Source: Nitrospira sp.
GTDB lineage: Bacteria > Nitrospirota > Nitrospiria > Nitrospirales > Nitrospiraceae
Reading direction: 5' to 3'
Length of the DNA: 64,000 nt
NCBI GenBank assembly: GCA_020853775.1
Contig: JADYYH010000093.1
Span: 211-64,210, forward strand
A program made the translations under genes and the position numbers. Positions 38,939 through 49,400 of this stretch are shown here, one piece after another. The notes under the pieces were generated by a model. It was not told the origin of the DNA, did not search any database, and worked only from the letters and a program-made list of their open reading frames with translations. How positions within the stretch are numbered: the stretch's first letter is position 1; every line of letters begins with the position of its first letter.

Positions 38939-40017
38939 AGGGCGCGACCCATGGCGGAGATGTGTACGCGGCGGCTCGTGAATCAGGGCGGGATGTCCGG
39001 TACCTGCTGGATTTCAGCGCCAGCATCAATCCCTTGGGACCATCGCCTGCGGCACGGCGAACGATCGCCCGCGCGAATGAATGGCTGTGCCATTACCCGG
39101 ATCCGGCCTGTTGGGATTTGCGGCAGGCGCTGGCGACGTTTTGGCACCGTTCACCCGAAGAGTTTCTGATCGGCAACGGGTCGACGGAATTGATCCACCT
39201 GCTTCCCGAGGCACTGCAGATCAGGCATCTCCTGGTCATGGGCCCGACCTTTTCCGAATATGCGTCAGCCATGGTTCGCGTCGGCGGACAGACGAGCAGC
39301 GTGATGGCCGCGAGGGCAGACGGGTATCGGCCACCGCTTGAGCAGGTTCTGGTCGCCCCGGACGTATCGATTGATGCGGTGTTGCTCTGTAATCCCAATA
39401 GTCCGACCGGGCAAGCCTGTGATGCGGCCGAGGTCAGGGCACTCGCTCGCCAGACGGCTCGACATGGACAGTGGTGTATCGTGGACGAAACTTTTGCCGA
39501 ATATTGCGAACAGGTGTCGATCGTACCGGAGGACCTGCCCGCGCGTACCATCGTGTTACGGAGCTTCACGAAGTTTTACGGTTTGCCGGGTCTGCGGGTC
39601 GGCTACGTAGTCGCGAATCCAAGGATCATCACCCGGATCAAATCGCAGCAGCCTCCCTGGTCGGTGAATATGCTGGCGCAGCGAGCCGCTCAAGCGGCAT
39701 TGCAGGACAGCCGGCACAGCCGACGCAGCCTCCGCTTCATGGAACAGGAGCGGGCGAGATTGGTGAACGGGTTAGAGCGGTTACCCGGCTGTTCGCTATT
39801 TCCCTCCGCGGCCAATTTTTTGCTGATGGAATTACCCGCACGATTGAAGGCTGCGCGCGTGGTATCGCTGCTTCGGCGGCAAGGGCTTCTGATCCGGGAT
39901 TGTTCGCAGGTGCCGGGACTGAACGATCGTTCGATTCGTCTGGCGGTTCGCTCGCGCGCCGACAATGATCGCCTCGTCCGGTCCCTGTCGGAAATCGTCG
40001 GGAGGAGTGGCGCATGA
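38935..40017 (+). CDS. cobD: L-threonine-O-3-phosphate decarboxylase
   Basis: HGGD, DFSASINPLG, CNPNSPTG, RSFTKFYGLPGLRVGY. ATGA overlap. Confidence 0.92.
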   Translation: MKGATHGGDVYAAARESGRDVRYLLDFSASINPLGPSPAARRTIARANEWLCHYPDPACWDLRQALATFWHRSPEEFLIGNGSTELIHLLPEALQIRHLLVMGPTFSEYASAMVRVGGQTSSVMAARADGYRPPLEQVLVAPDVSIDAVLLCNPNSPTGQACDAAEVRALARQTARHGQWCIVDETFAEYCEQVSIVPEDLPARTIVLRSFTKFYGLPGLRVGYVVANPRIITRIKSQQPPWSVNMLAQRAAQAALQDSRHSRRSLRFMEQERARLVNGLERLPGCSLFPSAANFLLMELPARLKAARVVSLLRRQGLLIRDCSQVPGLNDRSIRLAVRSRADNDRLVRSLSEIVGRSGA

Positions 40018-40745
40018 CCGGAGTTCCTGTAAGGCGCGTCTCCACCCGGCATTGGGTGGCCTGCGACACGCTCATCGTGGACCTTGGCGCACGCATGCGC
40101 GTCTTGTCCTCGGCTCCGCGAGGGGGAGGACTTCGCACGACGCGATATATCCTGAATCATCAGGTGCCGTCACATCCCGCTGGGGCAGATACAGGCGGAG
40201 ACTGGACACATCCCTCCCATTACCTCAGGCGGCTTGCGGAGACGCATGGCGTGGACTCGGACTGTGTCGGACTCATGACGGCGGTTCCCATGACGCAGCT
40301 CGTGACGCATCGGGAGGAACAAGACGGACTATGGGTGGAGGGGCTTGCCACCGTGGGCGTGACGAATGCCGTGCGGGCAGGGGAACCGGTGTATCGAGTG
40401 CCAGGCGAACGCAGCGGCCCGACAGCAGGAACGATTAACCTAATCCTGGTGACGAACGGCTGTCTGGCAGTGCCGGCCATGGTCGGCGCAGTCCAGGTGG
40501 CGACGGAAAGCAAAACCGGCCTGTTGCGCGATCACGCCGTTCCCAGCTGGACCGGTCTTGCCGGTGCGACCGGGACGGGAACGGATGCGGTGGTGGTCGC
40601 CTCCGCCCGGCGAGGAAACGGTCCCTGGCTTCCCTATGCGGGGACCCATACGGAAGTCGGGTCGATGATCGGGCGGGTCGTGGCTGAGTGTCTCCTCCAA
40701 GGTTTGGCCCTGGCCGCGCAATGGGCCGAGAGGCATCGGCCCTAA
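40014..40745 (+). CDS. cbiZ: Adenosylcobinamide amidohydrolase
   Basis: LSSAPRGGG, GLMTAV, TVGVTNA, GTINL, ATGTGTDAVVV. Confidence 0.88.
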   Translation: MTGVPVRRVSTRHWVACDTLIVDLGARMRVLSSAPRGGGLRTTRYILNHQVPSHPAGADTGGDWTHPSHYLRRLAETHGVDSDCVGLMTAVPMTQLVTHREEQDGLWVEGLATVGVTNAVRAGEPVYRVPGERSGPTAGTINLILVTNGCLAVPAMVGAVQVATESKTGLLRDHAVPSWTGLAGATGTGTDAVVVASARRGNGPWLPYAGTHTEVGSMIGRVVAECLLQGLALAAQWAERHRP

Positions 40746-40759
40746 ACGCCGAGTATGTC

Positions 40760-42316
40760 ATGCCCCATCCTTCTCGCGCCAAAGCCATCGCGATTCTCGG
40801 AACCGGTTCCGATGTGGGGAAAAGCCTGGTCACGGCAGGCCTCTGCCGGCTTTTGCATCGTGCCGGGATCCGTGTGGCCCCTTTCAAAGCGCAGAACATG
40901 TCGCTGAATTCATTCGTCACCGCGGAGGGCGGCGAGATCGGGCGCGCGCAGGCCATGCAAGCCGAGGCCTGCGGCATTCCTCCCCATGTGGATATGAATC
41001 CCATCTTGCTCAAGCCTGAATCACACGCCAGGTCGCAAGTGGTGGTGCAGGGCAAAGTCTTTGCGACATTGGATGCGCGGGCGTATTTCACGCGGGGGCG
41101 GGACTCGCGCTTGTTACGCGCGGTGCAGGAGAGTTATGAACGGCTTGCCGCTCAGTATGAGGTGATCGTCATCGAGGGGGCCGGCAGCGCCGCCGAGGTA
41201 AATTTGCGCGATCGTGATCTCGTCAACTGGACCACAGTGGATCTGGCGAATGCCCGAGTGGTGCTGGTGGGTGACATCGACCGCGGAGGCGTCTTCGCTC
41301 AAATTGTCGGGACTCTCGACCTGATCACGGCGGAAGAACGGGCCCGTGTCTGCGGGATCGTGATCAACAAATTTCGCGGGGACAGGTCGCTGTTCGACGA
41401 TGGCGTCCGGTTTCTCACAGCACGCACAGGAATTCCCGTTCTCGGAGTGTTGCCGTATCTTCGCGATCTCGCTCTGGACCAGGAAGATAGCTTGGACGTC
41501 AACGCTCAGGCGCTGGTCCCTTTCACGGCCGATCGGATCAACATTGCCGTGTTGCTCGTCCCGCACATGAGCAACTTCACCGATTTTAACGCCCTCGCCG
41601 AAGAGGAGGATGTGTCGTTGCGGTATGTCGCAACTCGCGAAGAAGCAGCCGGCGCGGACGTGATGATCCTTCCCGGCTCAAAGACGACCTTGTTGGATCT
41701 TGCCTATCTGCGCGAGAAGGGGTTTGACCGCCTATTGCAGGACCACGTGCAGCGGGGAGGGGAATTGGTGGGCATTTGTGGCGGCTACCAAATGTTGGGT
41801 CAATGGATCGCTGATCCCGACGGGGTAGAGACCGGCGGGCAGGATGCCGGATTAGGATTGTTGCCCGTCACCACCCTGTTGGCGCGTGACAAAATTACGG
41901 AACAGGTCGAGGCGCAGGCCCTGCATATTCAGGGAGCGACTTCCTTGCCTGTCAGAGGATATCTCATCCACATGGGGAGAACGGATCGTGCCGGACTCCG
42001 GCCCTGCTTTCAACTTTTGCGAAGGCAGGGCAGGATTGAAACTGACGGCAAAGAAAGCCCTCGCGAGGAGGCATGTCTAGACGGGGCGGTGCGGCCTGAC
42101 GGGTTGGTGTGGGGGACCTACGTGCATGGTCTGTTTGATCAGCCGTCTTTTCGTCGTGCCTGGCTGAACCGGCTGCGTAGTCGCAAGGGGCTATCGGCGG
42201 TTCCCCTTGAGGCCTCTGAGCGCGTGAACCAGACGCGTCTCAAGGCGATGGACCGCTGGGCTGATCACGTCGATCAGCACCTAGACCTCGCTCCGGTGTT
42301 GGCATGGTTTCGGTAG
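40760..42316 (+). CDS. cbiP: Cobyric acid synthase
   Basis: GTGSDVGKS, PFKAQNMSLNS, MNPILLKP, EGAGSAAE, DIDRGG, SNFTDF, GICGGYQMLG, GTYVHG. Confidence 0.96.
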   Translation: MPHPSRAKAIAILGTGSDVGKSLVTAGLCRLLHRAGIRVAPFKAQNMSLNSFVTAEGGEIGRAQAMQAEACGIPPHVDMNPILLKPESHARSQVVVQGKVFATLDARAYFTRGRDSRLLRAVQESYERLAAQYEVIVIEGAGSAAEVNLRDRDLVNWTTVDLANARVVLVGDIDRGGVFAQIVGTLDLITAEERARVCGIVINKFRGDRSLFDDGVRFLTARTGIPVLGVLPYLRDLALDQEDSLDVNAQALVPFTADRINIAVLLVPHMSNFTDFNALAEEEDVSLRYVATREEAAGADVMILPGSKTTLLDLAYLREKGFDRLLQDHVQRGGELVGICGGYQMLGQWIADPDGVETGGQDAGLGLLPVTTLLARDKITEQVEAQALHIQGATSLPVRGYLIHMGRTDRAGLRPCFQLLRRQGRIETDGKESPREEACLDGAVRPDGLVWGTYVHGLFDQPSFRRAWLNRLRSRKGLSAVPLEASERVNQTRLKAMDRWADHVDQHLDLAPVLAWFR

Positions 42317-42364
42317 CGTGATGGGGTTTCATCTGCAACGCCCCGCTGCCGGCATCTCTCAATG

Positions 42365-42412
42365 AACTTTGACGCTTCCACCGTCAAGCGACCAAACTTT
42401 GGCGCTTCCATC
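42365..42412. promoter_or_regulatory. Tandem candidate activator sites (UAS-like)
   Basis: AACTTTG(A/G)CGCTTCCA(C/T)C repeated at a 30-nt period; first copy contains the palindrome TTGACG-N7-CGTCAA (42369-42387). Confidence 0.55.
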
Positions 42413-42557
42413 AAAATCCTGAACAATCGAGAACCCTCCTCAGACTCACTGACCATAGTGGGTATAGTTGGTCGTCCACATCTAATCATCCGCAAAATCG
42501 CCGACTTCATTTCATTCGCCTCCCTTCGCGTCAGAAATTCTAAGTAATTGTTTTGTT

Positions 42558-42573
42558 TGGCACCGAACGTGCA
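42558..42573 (+). promoter_or_regulatory. sigma54 (-24/-12) promoter for the DUF3365/chemosensory cluster
   Basis: TGGCACCGAACGTGCA: GG-N10-GC, one mismatch to TGGCAC-N5-TTGCW. Confidence 0.65.
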
Positions 42574-42714
42574 CGAGGCAGGCCGGGGCTGACGACATTG
42601 TCAGGAGGCCAAGAATTGTCAATCGCTAATTTTGCGCTATCTTTGACAGAGGTTTAGCGCAGTTGGTGCGATGAATTCCTCACGAGCGACATCGAGAGCG
42701 GCAGGAGGAGGGGC

Positions 42715-43449
42715 ATGGCAAATCATTTTCTCAGCAGAATCGTAATGACGGTCCTGACGGCGGCGTGTGTGGGCGTGCCCGTTGCCGCGTCGGCGAATAC
42801 TGAGGTGGAAACGGCTGAATTGCTGATCAAATTGTTACAAGTCGGCCGCGGAGTACTGTCGGAGAACCAGGCGACGATCAATGACGCCAGCAAGGGCGAC
42901 AAGGGGATTACCGGGGACTACATCGCCAACCAGGTTATCGACCGGTTCCGCAAAGCAACGAAGATCGACTTGAGCCGTCCGGCCACTGTGCCGCAGGCGC
43001 CGCTGTTCCTCGCCATGGTCGAATCGGAAAAAGAAGTCATCGATGAGGCCCAGCCCGTGATCAACAAGCAGGGCGTCGGCTTTAAAGGGATTATCCCCGC
43101 CGTGTTTGCACGCAAATCTGGCGAGCGGTTCTACCGGAAAACCGGGATTCGCGTGAAGCTTACGAGCATCGATTATCGTTTTCCCGGCAACCGCCCGGAT
43201 GATTTCGAATCCGAAGTGTTGCGGATTTTTTCCGACTCGCGCCATCCCAAGGGACAGCCGTACAGCAAGGCCACCATGTTGGATGGAAGAGCGGTGTTGC
43301 GCATGATGGATCCGGAATATGCCGCGACGACATGCCTCAGTTGCCATGGGAATCCGAAAGGCGAGCGCGATGTCACGGGCGCCAAGAAGGAAGGCTGGCA
43401 TGAGGGCGACTTGGCCGGCGCCATCAGCATTGTCATTCCTATGAAGTAG
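42715..43449 (+). CDS. Exported DUF3365 (Tll0287-like) c-type heme protein
   Basis: Signal peptide (..AASA), FRFPGNRPDDFE-like segment, CLSCH heme motif, GWHEGDLAGAISI. Confidence 0.82.
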   Translation: MANHFLSRIVMTVLTAACVGVPVAASANTEVETAELLIKLLQVGRGVLSENQATINDASKGDKGITGDYIANQVIDRFRKATKIDLSRPATVPQAPLFLAMVESEKEVIDEAQPVINKQGVGFKGIIPAVFARKSGERFYRKTGIRVKLTSIDYRFPGNRPDDFESEVLRIFSDSRHPKGQPYSKATMLDGRAVLRMMDPEYAATTCLSCHGNPKGERDVTGAKKEGWHEGDLAGAISIVIPMK

Positions 43450-43515
43450 CACGACGGCGCATTCGACATGCGGCTGTCGCAAAATTCTGGATGGTTGTGA
43501 AGGGGGGATGGATTC

Positions 43516-43878
43516 ATGAGCAAAATTGTTGTGGTCGATGATTCGTACGCCGAACTGCAGTTGATCGAAGGATATCTCAAATCCGCCAACCACACGGTGG
43601 TGTCCTATCCCAACACCGATAAACTCGAAGATAAGTTGGCGCTGGATAAGCCGGATTTGATCGTGTTGGACGTGGTCATGCCCGGGCGCAATGGATTCCA
43701 AGCCTGCCGCGACCTGAAGGGTGATGACCGGTTCAAAGGCATTCCGATCGTGCTGTGCACCTCCAAGGGGCAGGAAAGCGACAAGTTCTGGGGGCAGCAA
43801 CAGGGGGCAAACGGCTACGTGGTCAAGCCGTTCAAGGCCGAAGATCTGGTCGCAGCCGTGAAACGGGCACTGAACTAA
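43516..43878 (+). CDS. Single-domain response regulator (PilH/CheY-like)
   Basis: VVDDS, LDVVMP (Asp), DKFWG, KPF. Confidence 0.93.
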   Translation: MSKIVVVDDSYAELQLIEGYLKSANHTVVSYPNTDKLEDKLALDKPDLIVLDVVMPGRNGFQACRDLKGDDRFKGIPIVLCTSKGQESDKFWGQQQGANGYVVKPFKAEDLVAAVKRALN

Positions 43879-43881
43879 CTT

Positions 43882-44427
43882 ATGAGCGACGTTCCCATCA
43901 TCCAGTCTCAACCGTCCGCTTCCTCTCCGGCCCAAGGATCCTCCGCTTCATCGAGGGCTTCCGCCGCACCGACCGAAGGCGCGCTGCGCATGTGCGTGTT
44001 GACATTGGGAGGAGAACTGTTCGCCATCGATCTCCGCCATGTCAGTGAAGTGTTCGAGGTGGAAGCCGTGACGGCCGTCCCCAGTATGCCCGGTTATCTG
44101 ACGGGAGTGACCAACCTTCGGGGAACGGTGATCACGCTGGTTGATTTGCGCGGGAGCCTCGGCTTGTCGATGAGCAACACGTCGCTGCCCTTCGCGGTCG
44201 TGATCCGTCACGGCGTCAGGCAGGTGGGAGTACTGGTCGATCACGTGCCGGAAATTCATACGGTGGCCCGCGAGCACCTGTTGCCTGCCATGCAGGCGGG
44301 ACCGGCTGGCGCGAGACCCTGTGTGTCGGCCGTGTTGCGTCTGGATCAACGCCTGGGAGGCGTCTTGGAAGTGCCGCAGGTCTTCGCGCAAGTGGACGGA
44401 GGAAGTGCGGCAGTATCGGTCGTGTAA
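43882..44427 (+). CDS. cheW: CheW adaptor
   Basis: FAIDLRHVSEV, GVTNLRGTVITLVDL, GVLVD. Confidence 0.9.
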   Translation: MSDVPIIQSQPSASSPAQGSSASSRASAAPTEGALRMCVLTLGGELFAIDLRHVSEVFEVEAVTAVPSMPGYLTGVTNLRGTVITLVDLRGSLGLSMSNTSLPFAVVIRHGVRQVGVLVDHVPEIHTVAREHLLPAMQAGPAGARPCVSAVLRLDQRLGGVLEVPQVFAQVDGGSAAVSVV

Positions 44428-44520
44428 GAAACAGAGCTATGACGGTTCGGGGCCGGCGCGAGCAGGGATTGTGCGACCGGCCTTGAACATTGAGCACGCA
44501 GTAACAAGGAGGAGCGCACC

Positions 44521-46395
44521 ATGATCGGGCAAGGCGTCACCAATCGATTCCAGGATATGAAGACACGATCGAAGCTGCTGCTCAGTTTCGGTCTGGTGAG
44601 TTTCATCATCATGATCATGGCCAGCGTCGGTGTGTTCACTCTGCGGCAGCTCAGCGCCCAATCGCAAACCGTGTACGTGGATTACACGGTCCCGTTGGCC
44701 GAATTCGCGCAGATGGGAACGGCGCTCACCAAGCATCACCAGATCCTGTTGGACGTCGCCTCTGCCACCAAGCAAAGCGACTTTGCCCAGGAAGTCACGA
44801 AGCTCCCGCCGTTGAAGGCCGAAATCGAGAAAGCGGTCAACAACTACAAGAGCACCAACTTGCGGGTGTCACGATCAGGCCGCGACGAAATGAAGGACCT
44901 CACCCTGTTCGAGCCGGCGCTCAAAAGATATTTTCATGAGGCCGATGGCGCCCTGAGTGCCATGGCAGACAGTTTCGATCGCAACACGCTGACCGCGGCC
45001 CAGGCCGAGCAAATGCGAGCGCTCGGTGTCTTGGCCTTGACGGTCAACTTGACGCCTGCATTCGAAAATGCGGTGAAGCGCCACAATGAGCAGGTCACGA
45101 GCATTGAAGCGGTGGCCAAGGATCTGAACGACGACGCCCAGTCTCTGTCCGCCAACGGTACATTTATTCTCGTGGCCGGTGGTCTGGTCGCTGTGGCCCT
45201 GGGATTGTTCGTCGGATATCTCCTGGCGACTTTCTTGTCACGGAACATTACGCACATTGCGAATGTCGCGACTCAGGCCGCCGGCGGCAACCTCCAAGCG
45301 CGCGCCAGGATTGAATCGCATGATGAGCTGGGGCAGATGGCCACGGCGTTCAACTCCATGCTCGATCGTATTTCGGTGCTCGTGTCGACGGAGGAAGAGC
45401 GCGACTTGATGCAGAAACGCCTGATGCAATTCCTCGTACTCGTGTCCGAAGTGGGTAAAGGAGACTTGACCCGCCGAGGCGAGGTGACCGCCGACATGTT
45501 CGGAAACCTTGCCGACGGTTTCAACCTCATGATCGCGCGATTCGGCCAGTTGTTGAAACAGGTGCGTGAAGCCGCCGACCGCGTGAACAAATCGGCTGGT
45601 ACGCTCCGTGATTCGGCCGGTCAGATGTCCGGAACGGCACGCACGCAGGCGGAAGAGTCGGTGCGAACGCTGGGCGCGGTCGAACAGCTGGCCGCCGGTA
45701 TGCGTCAGGTCGCCACGACGGCCGGCGCCTCGTCGGATTCCGCCAAGCAAGTGCTGTCAGCAACAGAACGCGGAAACGTGGCCGTGCAGGAAACGGTGCG
45801 CGATATGCAGAGTATTCGTTCCGCGGTGCAACGCATGTCCAAGCAGGTAAAGGGCCTCGGCGACCGTTCGCTCGAAATTTCTCAGATCGTATCGACCATT
45901 CGAGATATCGCCAACCAGACGAACCTCCTCGCGCTCAACGCCGCCATCGAGGCGGCGGGCGCCGGTGAGGCCGGTGCGCGATTCGCCGTCGTCGCCGACC
46001 AGGTGAGAAAGCTGGCGGAAAGTTCCACGCAAGCCACACGCGAAATTGCCGACCTCGTCAAAGTGATTCAGACAGAAACGCAGGATGCGGTGGTCGCGAT
46101 GGAACATGAAACACAGGCGGTGGAAGCCGGATCTGCTTCGGCTCTCCGGACCGGTGACGTGTTCGCCGAAATTTCAGACATCGCGAAACGGTCATCCGAA
46201 CTGGCCCAGAATATCGCCAGCGCGGCGTCAGACCAGACCTCCTCGACGGAAAAAGTCGGCCGCGCGATTAAGGAATTCACGGGAGGCGCAGTGGCGACGC
46301 AGAAACAAACCGACTCCACGCGACTCACGATCGAGGATATGGCCAAGCTGGCCGAAGGCCTCAACTCCTCAGTCGCTCAGTTCAAGCTGACGTAG
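44521..46395 (+). CDS. Methyl-accepting chemotaxis protein (PilJ-like)
   Basis: TM - four-helix periplasmic domain - TM - HAMP; [38 protein letters not shown]. Confidence 0.95.
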   Translation: MIGQGVTNRFQDMKTRSKLLLSFGLVSFIIMIMASVGVFTLRQLSAQSQTVYVDYTVPLAEFAQMGTALTKHHQILLDVASATKQSDFAQEVTKLPPLKAEIEKAVNNYKSTNLRVSRSGRDEMKDLTLFEPALKRYFHEADGALSAMADSFDRNTLTAAQAEQMRALGVLALTVNLTPAFENAVKRHNEQVTSIEAVAKDLNDDAQSLSANGTFILVAGGLVAVALGLFVGYLLATFLSRNITHIANVATQAAGGNLQARARIESHDELGQMATAFNSMLDRISVLVSTEEERDLMQKRLMQFLVLVSEVGKGDLTRRGEVTADMFGNLADGFNLMIARFGQLLKQVREAADRVNKSAGTLRDSAGQMSGTARTQAEESVRTLGAVEQLAAGMRQVATTAGASSDSAKQVLSATERGNVAVQETVRDMQSIRSAVQRMSKQVKGLGDRSLEISQIVSTIRDIANQTNLLALNAAIEAAGAGEAGARFAVVADQVRKLAESSTQATREIADLVKVIQTETQDAVVAMEHETQAVEAGSASALRTGDVFAEISDIAKRSSELAQNIASAASDQTSSTEKVGRAIKEFTGGAVATQKQTDSTRLTIEDMAKLAEGLNSSVAQFKLT

Positions 46396-46408
46396 CAGCA
46401 TTCTAGAA

Positions 46409-46430
46409 GAGCGGTGCCCAGTCACCGCTC
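46409..46430 (+). other. Intergenic stem-loop between MCP and cheA
   Basis: GAGCGGTG-cccagt-CACCGCTC, 8-bp perfect stem, no U tract. Confidence 0.5.
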
Positions 46431-46447
46431 GGATATGACGTAGGGCT

Positions 46448-49400
46448 ATGAGCGCTGATTTTGATCGCGACCAGCTGCTGGACATTTTCGTGGCCGAAGC
46501 CGGCGACGACATGGAGCGGTTCTGGAAGGCACTCCATCCGGAAGGGAAGGTGCGTCCCGAACCGGGTGAGGTCGCCGAATTCCATGCTGTGGGCCATAAG
46601 TTAAAAGGCGCGGCACTGCTGTACGGTTTTCCTGGTCTCGGGCAACTCGGCGCGTTACTGGAAGAGACGCTGGAACGTGTTCAGGAGATGTCTCCGAGTC
46701 AGTGGCCGGTCGCCTTTGAGGTGATCCGGGATATCGTCGCATCCTTTCGTCAGCAGGTGGCCAGGATCGGCCGTGGCGAAGGTGAAGATGCCTCTCTCGT
46801 GGACGGGTTTGTGCAACGGTGCGCGCACTTCCTGCCGGCGGCCTCCGATGACGACTCAGCACAGTCCCTCACCATCTCGACCGAGCCGGCGGATGACTAT
46901 CTTTTGCCTGTGATGGACGAGGAGGTTCTGTCGTACTTTGCCCCCGAAGCCGAAGAGTATCTCAATACGATTCAGAGCCTTCTCCAGCGTTTAGAGATTG
47001 AGCTGTCCGACGCGGAGACGATCCACCAGCTGTATCGTGTCGCCCATACGCTCAAGGGGTCGGCCTATACGGTGGGATTCCAGGTCGTGGGTGATGTGGT
47101 ACTGCCGATTGAAATCTGCATGATCGCGGTTCGTGAGGGAACGGCGGTTATTTCCTCGCAATGGATTGCCACGATTCGCCATGCGGTGGACGTGATGCGT
47201 TCGTTGATGGCGCGAGACAGGCAGCAGCTGCCGCGGTTGCGGCAGGACGTGCCCTGTATTACGGCGATGCTGCGGGAGCTGGAGCAAGGCATGCCGCAAG
47301 TCGCACAGGCGGATGCGGTTTCCTCGCCAGGCAAACATGCGCCTGAGGAGAACGGTATCCCGCCTGCGGCCTTGCCTGTCGATGCTGCGGCGCAGTCCTT
47401 AGAGCCCAACCCCTCGGTCGAATTGTCGGAAGCCTATCTCATTCCGATGCTGGATGCCGAAGTCATCTCCTATTTCGCCCCCGAGGCCCAAGAGTATCTG
47501 GAGAGTCTCGAAACCGACTTGCTGCGAGTGGATAAGGATGCGGCTAACCCTGACATCATCCACCAACTGTTTCGCACGGCTCATACGTTAAAGGGATCAG
47601 CCTATACCGTCGGGTTCCAATCGATTGGGGACCTGACACACCACATCGAAGATTTCATGGGCGCGGTTCGCGAGGGCCGCCTGAGGTTTCTTCCCGGCCA
47701 TACGGATGTGCTTCTGCGGGCAATCGACGTCATTCGTGCCCTGATGCGGCGCGACCCCTCGATGCTCAGCCGGACTCGACAGCGGTTTGCCGTAGCGCTT
47801 CAGGAATTGAGGGGGTTGGGTGAAGCCGCAACGACAGGAGCCATCGAGCCTGCTGTGTCCTCGCAGACCGACACAGTCGTGCCCCTCGATGGGCATGACT
47901 CTGAGACGGCTGAGCCTGTTACGGCCGGCGAAGGAAAAGCCGGAGAAGAGCGGGAGGTGATCCGTGTCAGCCGCGATCGGCTTGAACGCCTGCTCAATCT
48001 GGTCGGCGAATTGGTGATCGATCGCGGACGTCTCGAACAGCGGTTGCGCACGCTGGATCAACTGGCGACTCAAGTGTTAGCCAATAAGAATCGCCTCACG
48101 GATGCCGTACGGACATTTGAAGACAAACACACCTTCTCCTTTCAGCCCTCTCCCACGACCCAGGGAGAATCCATGCCGCAGGCGTTCCCTGGTGTCAGCG
48201 ACTTCGGCAGCCTGGAATTCGATAAGTACGATGACTTCAATATTCTGGCCCGTCGCATCAGCGAGGTGACGGCGGACATCAACGAATCCATGTCGCAGTT
48301 GTCCGGATCGATCCACCGTGCTCAGGACGACATGGGCTCACTGCAACAGTTGACGCTCGGCATGCGCGATGAAATCGCCCGCGCCCGTATGGTGCCGATC
48401 GGTACCCCGTTTACCAGGTTCCGTCGTGCGGCCCGCGAAATGGCCAGGGCCACGGGGAAAGACGTGAATTTGGTGACTTCCGGTGAACATACAGAAATCG
48501 ACACCGGCGTCGTCGAGCGTTTGGTGGACCCGCTGGTGCATTTAGTCAGAAACGCCGTGTACCACGGCATCGAGCCGGCGGCCGTCCGCCGAGTTCAGGG
48601 TAAGCCGGCGGCGGGGACGATTTATCTGCACGCTGCGCATCGAGGGAACTCGGTGTTGATCGAGGTCGAAGACGACGGCGCGGGGCTCGACATCGCCAAG
48701 ATCAAGGCGAAGGCCATCAAGCTGGGGCTCGTCAGGCAGGATGTCGCTGAAACCCTTCCCGAAAGCGAAGTCATCAAGTTCATCTTCCTGCCAGGATTTT
48801 CCACCGCCGATGCCGTCGGCGACCAAGCGGGACGTGGCGTCGGCATGGATGTGGTGAAGCGCGTCATTGAGACGATGAACGGCCATATCGAGGTGGAATC
48901 GGTGCGCGGGCAGGGTACGAAGTTCACCATGCATTTGCCGCTCACCCTGTTGATCGCCACGGCATTGCTCGTGCGGGTCGGAAAGGAACGTTATGCGATT
49001 CCTCTTCCGAGTGTGCGCGAAGTGACTATGTCGACGGCGTCAACGTTGCAACAGATGGGCGATCGGCAGGTGGTCCAAATCGGGGACGAGGCTATCGAAG
49101 TCTACCCACTCGGCAGCCTCATTCGTCGCGAGGCCGGGACGACAGACGGCGTCTCTCCCGTGGTGATTGTGCGCACCTCGACCGGCGCGCTCGGCTGTGC
49201 GGTGGATGAGTTACTGGGCCGGCAGGAAATCGTTATCAAGTCGCTGGGCGGACTGAAGCCGTATGACCGCTCGGTATTCGGTGGCGCCACGATCGATCCG
49301 GAGGGACGTGTGGTGCTGGTGTTGGACGTCAGTCGCCTGACCACCCGTGAATATCATGAAACCATGTCCATCGCGCCGGCTCCGGTGGTGTCAGCGATTG

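Noticed and set aside
32099-42316. De novo cobalamin synthesis
   Set aside because: No ring-building or chelatase genes in the window.
42643-42671. TTGACA upstream of the DUF3365 gene as a sigma70 promoter
   Set aside because: No -10 element at 16-18 nt spacing.
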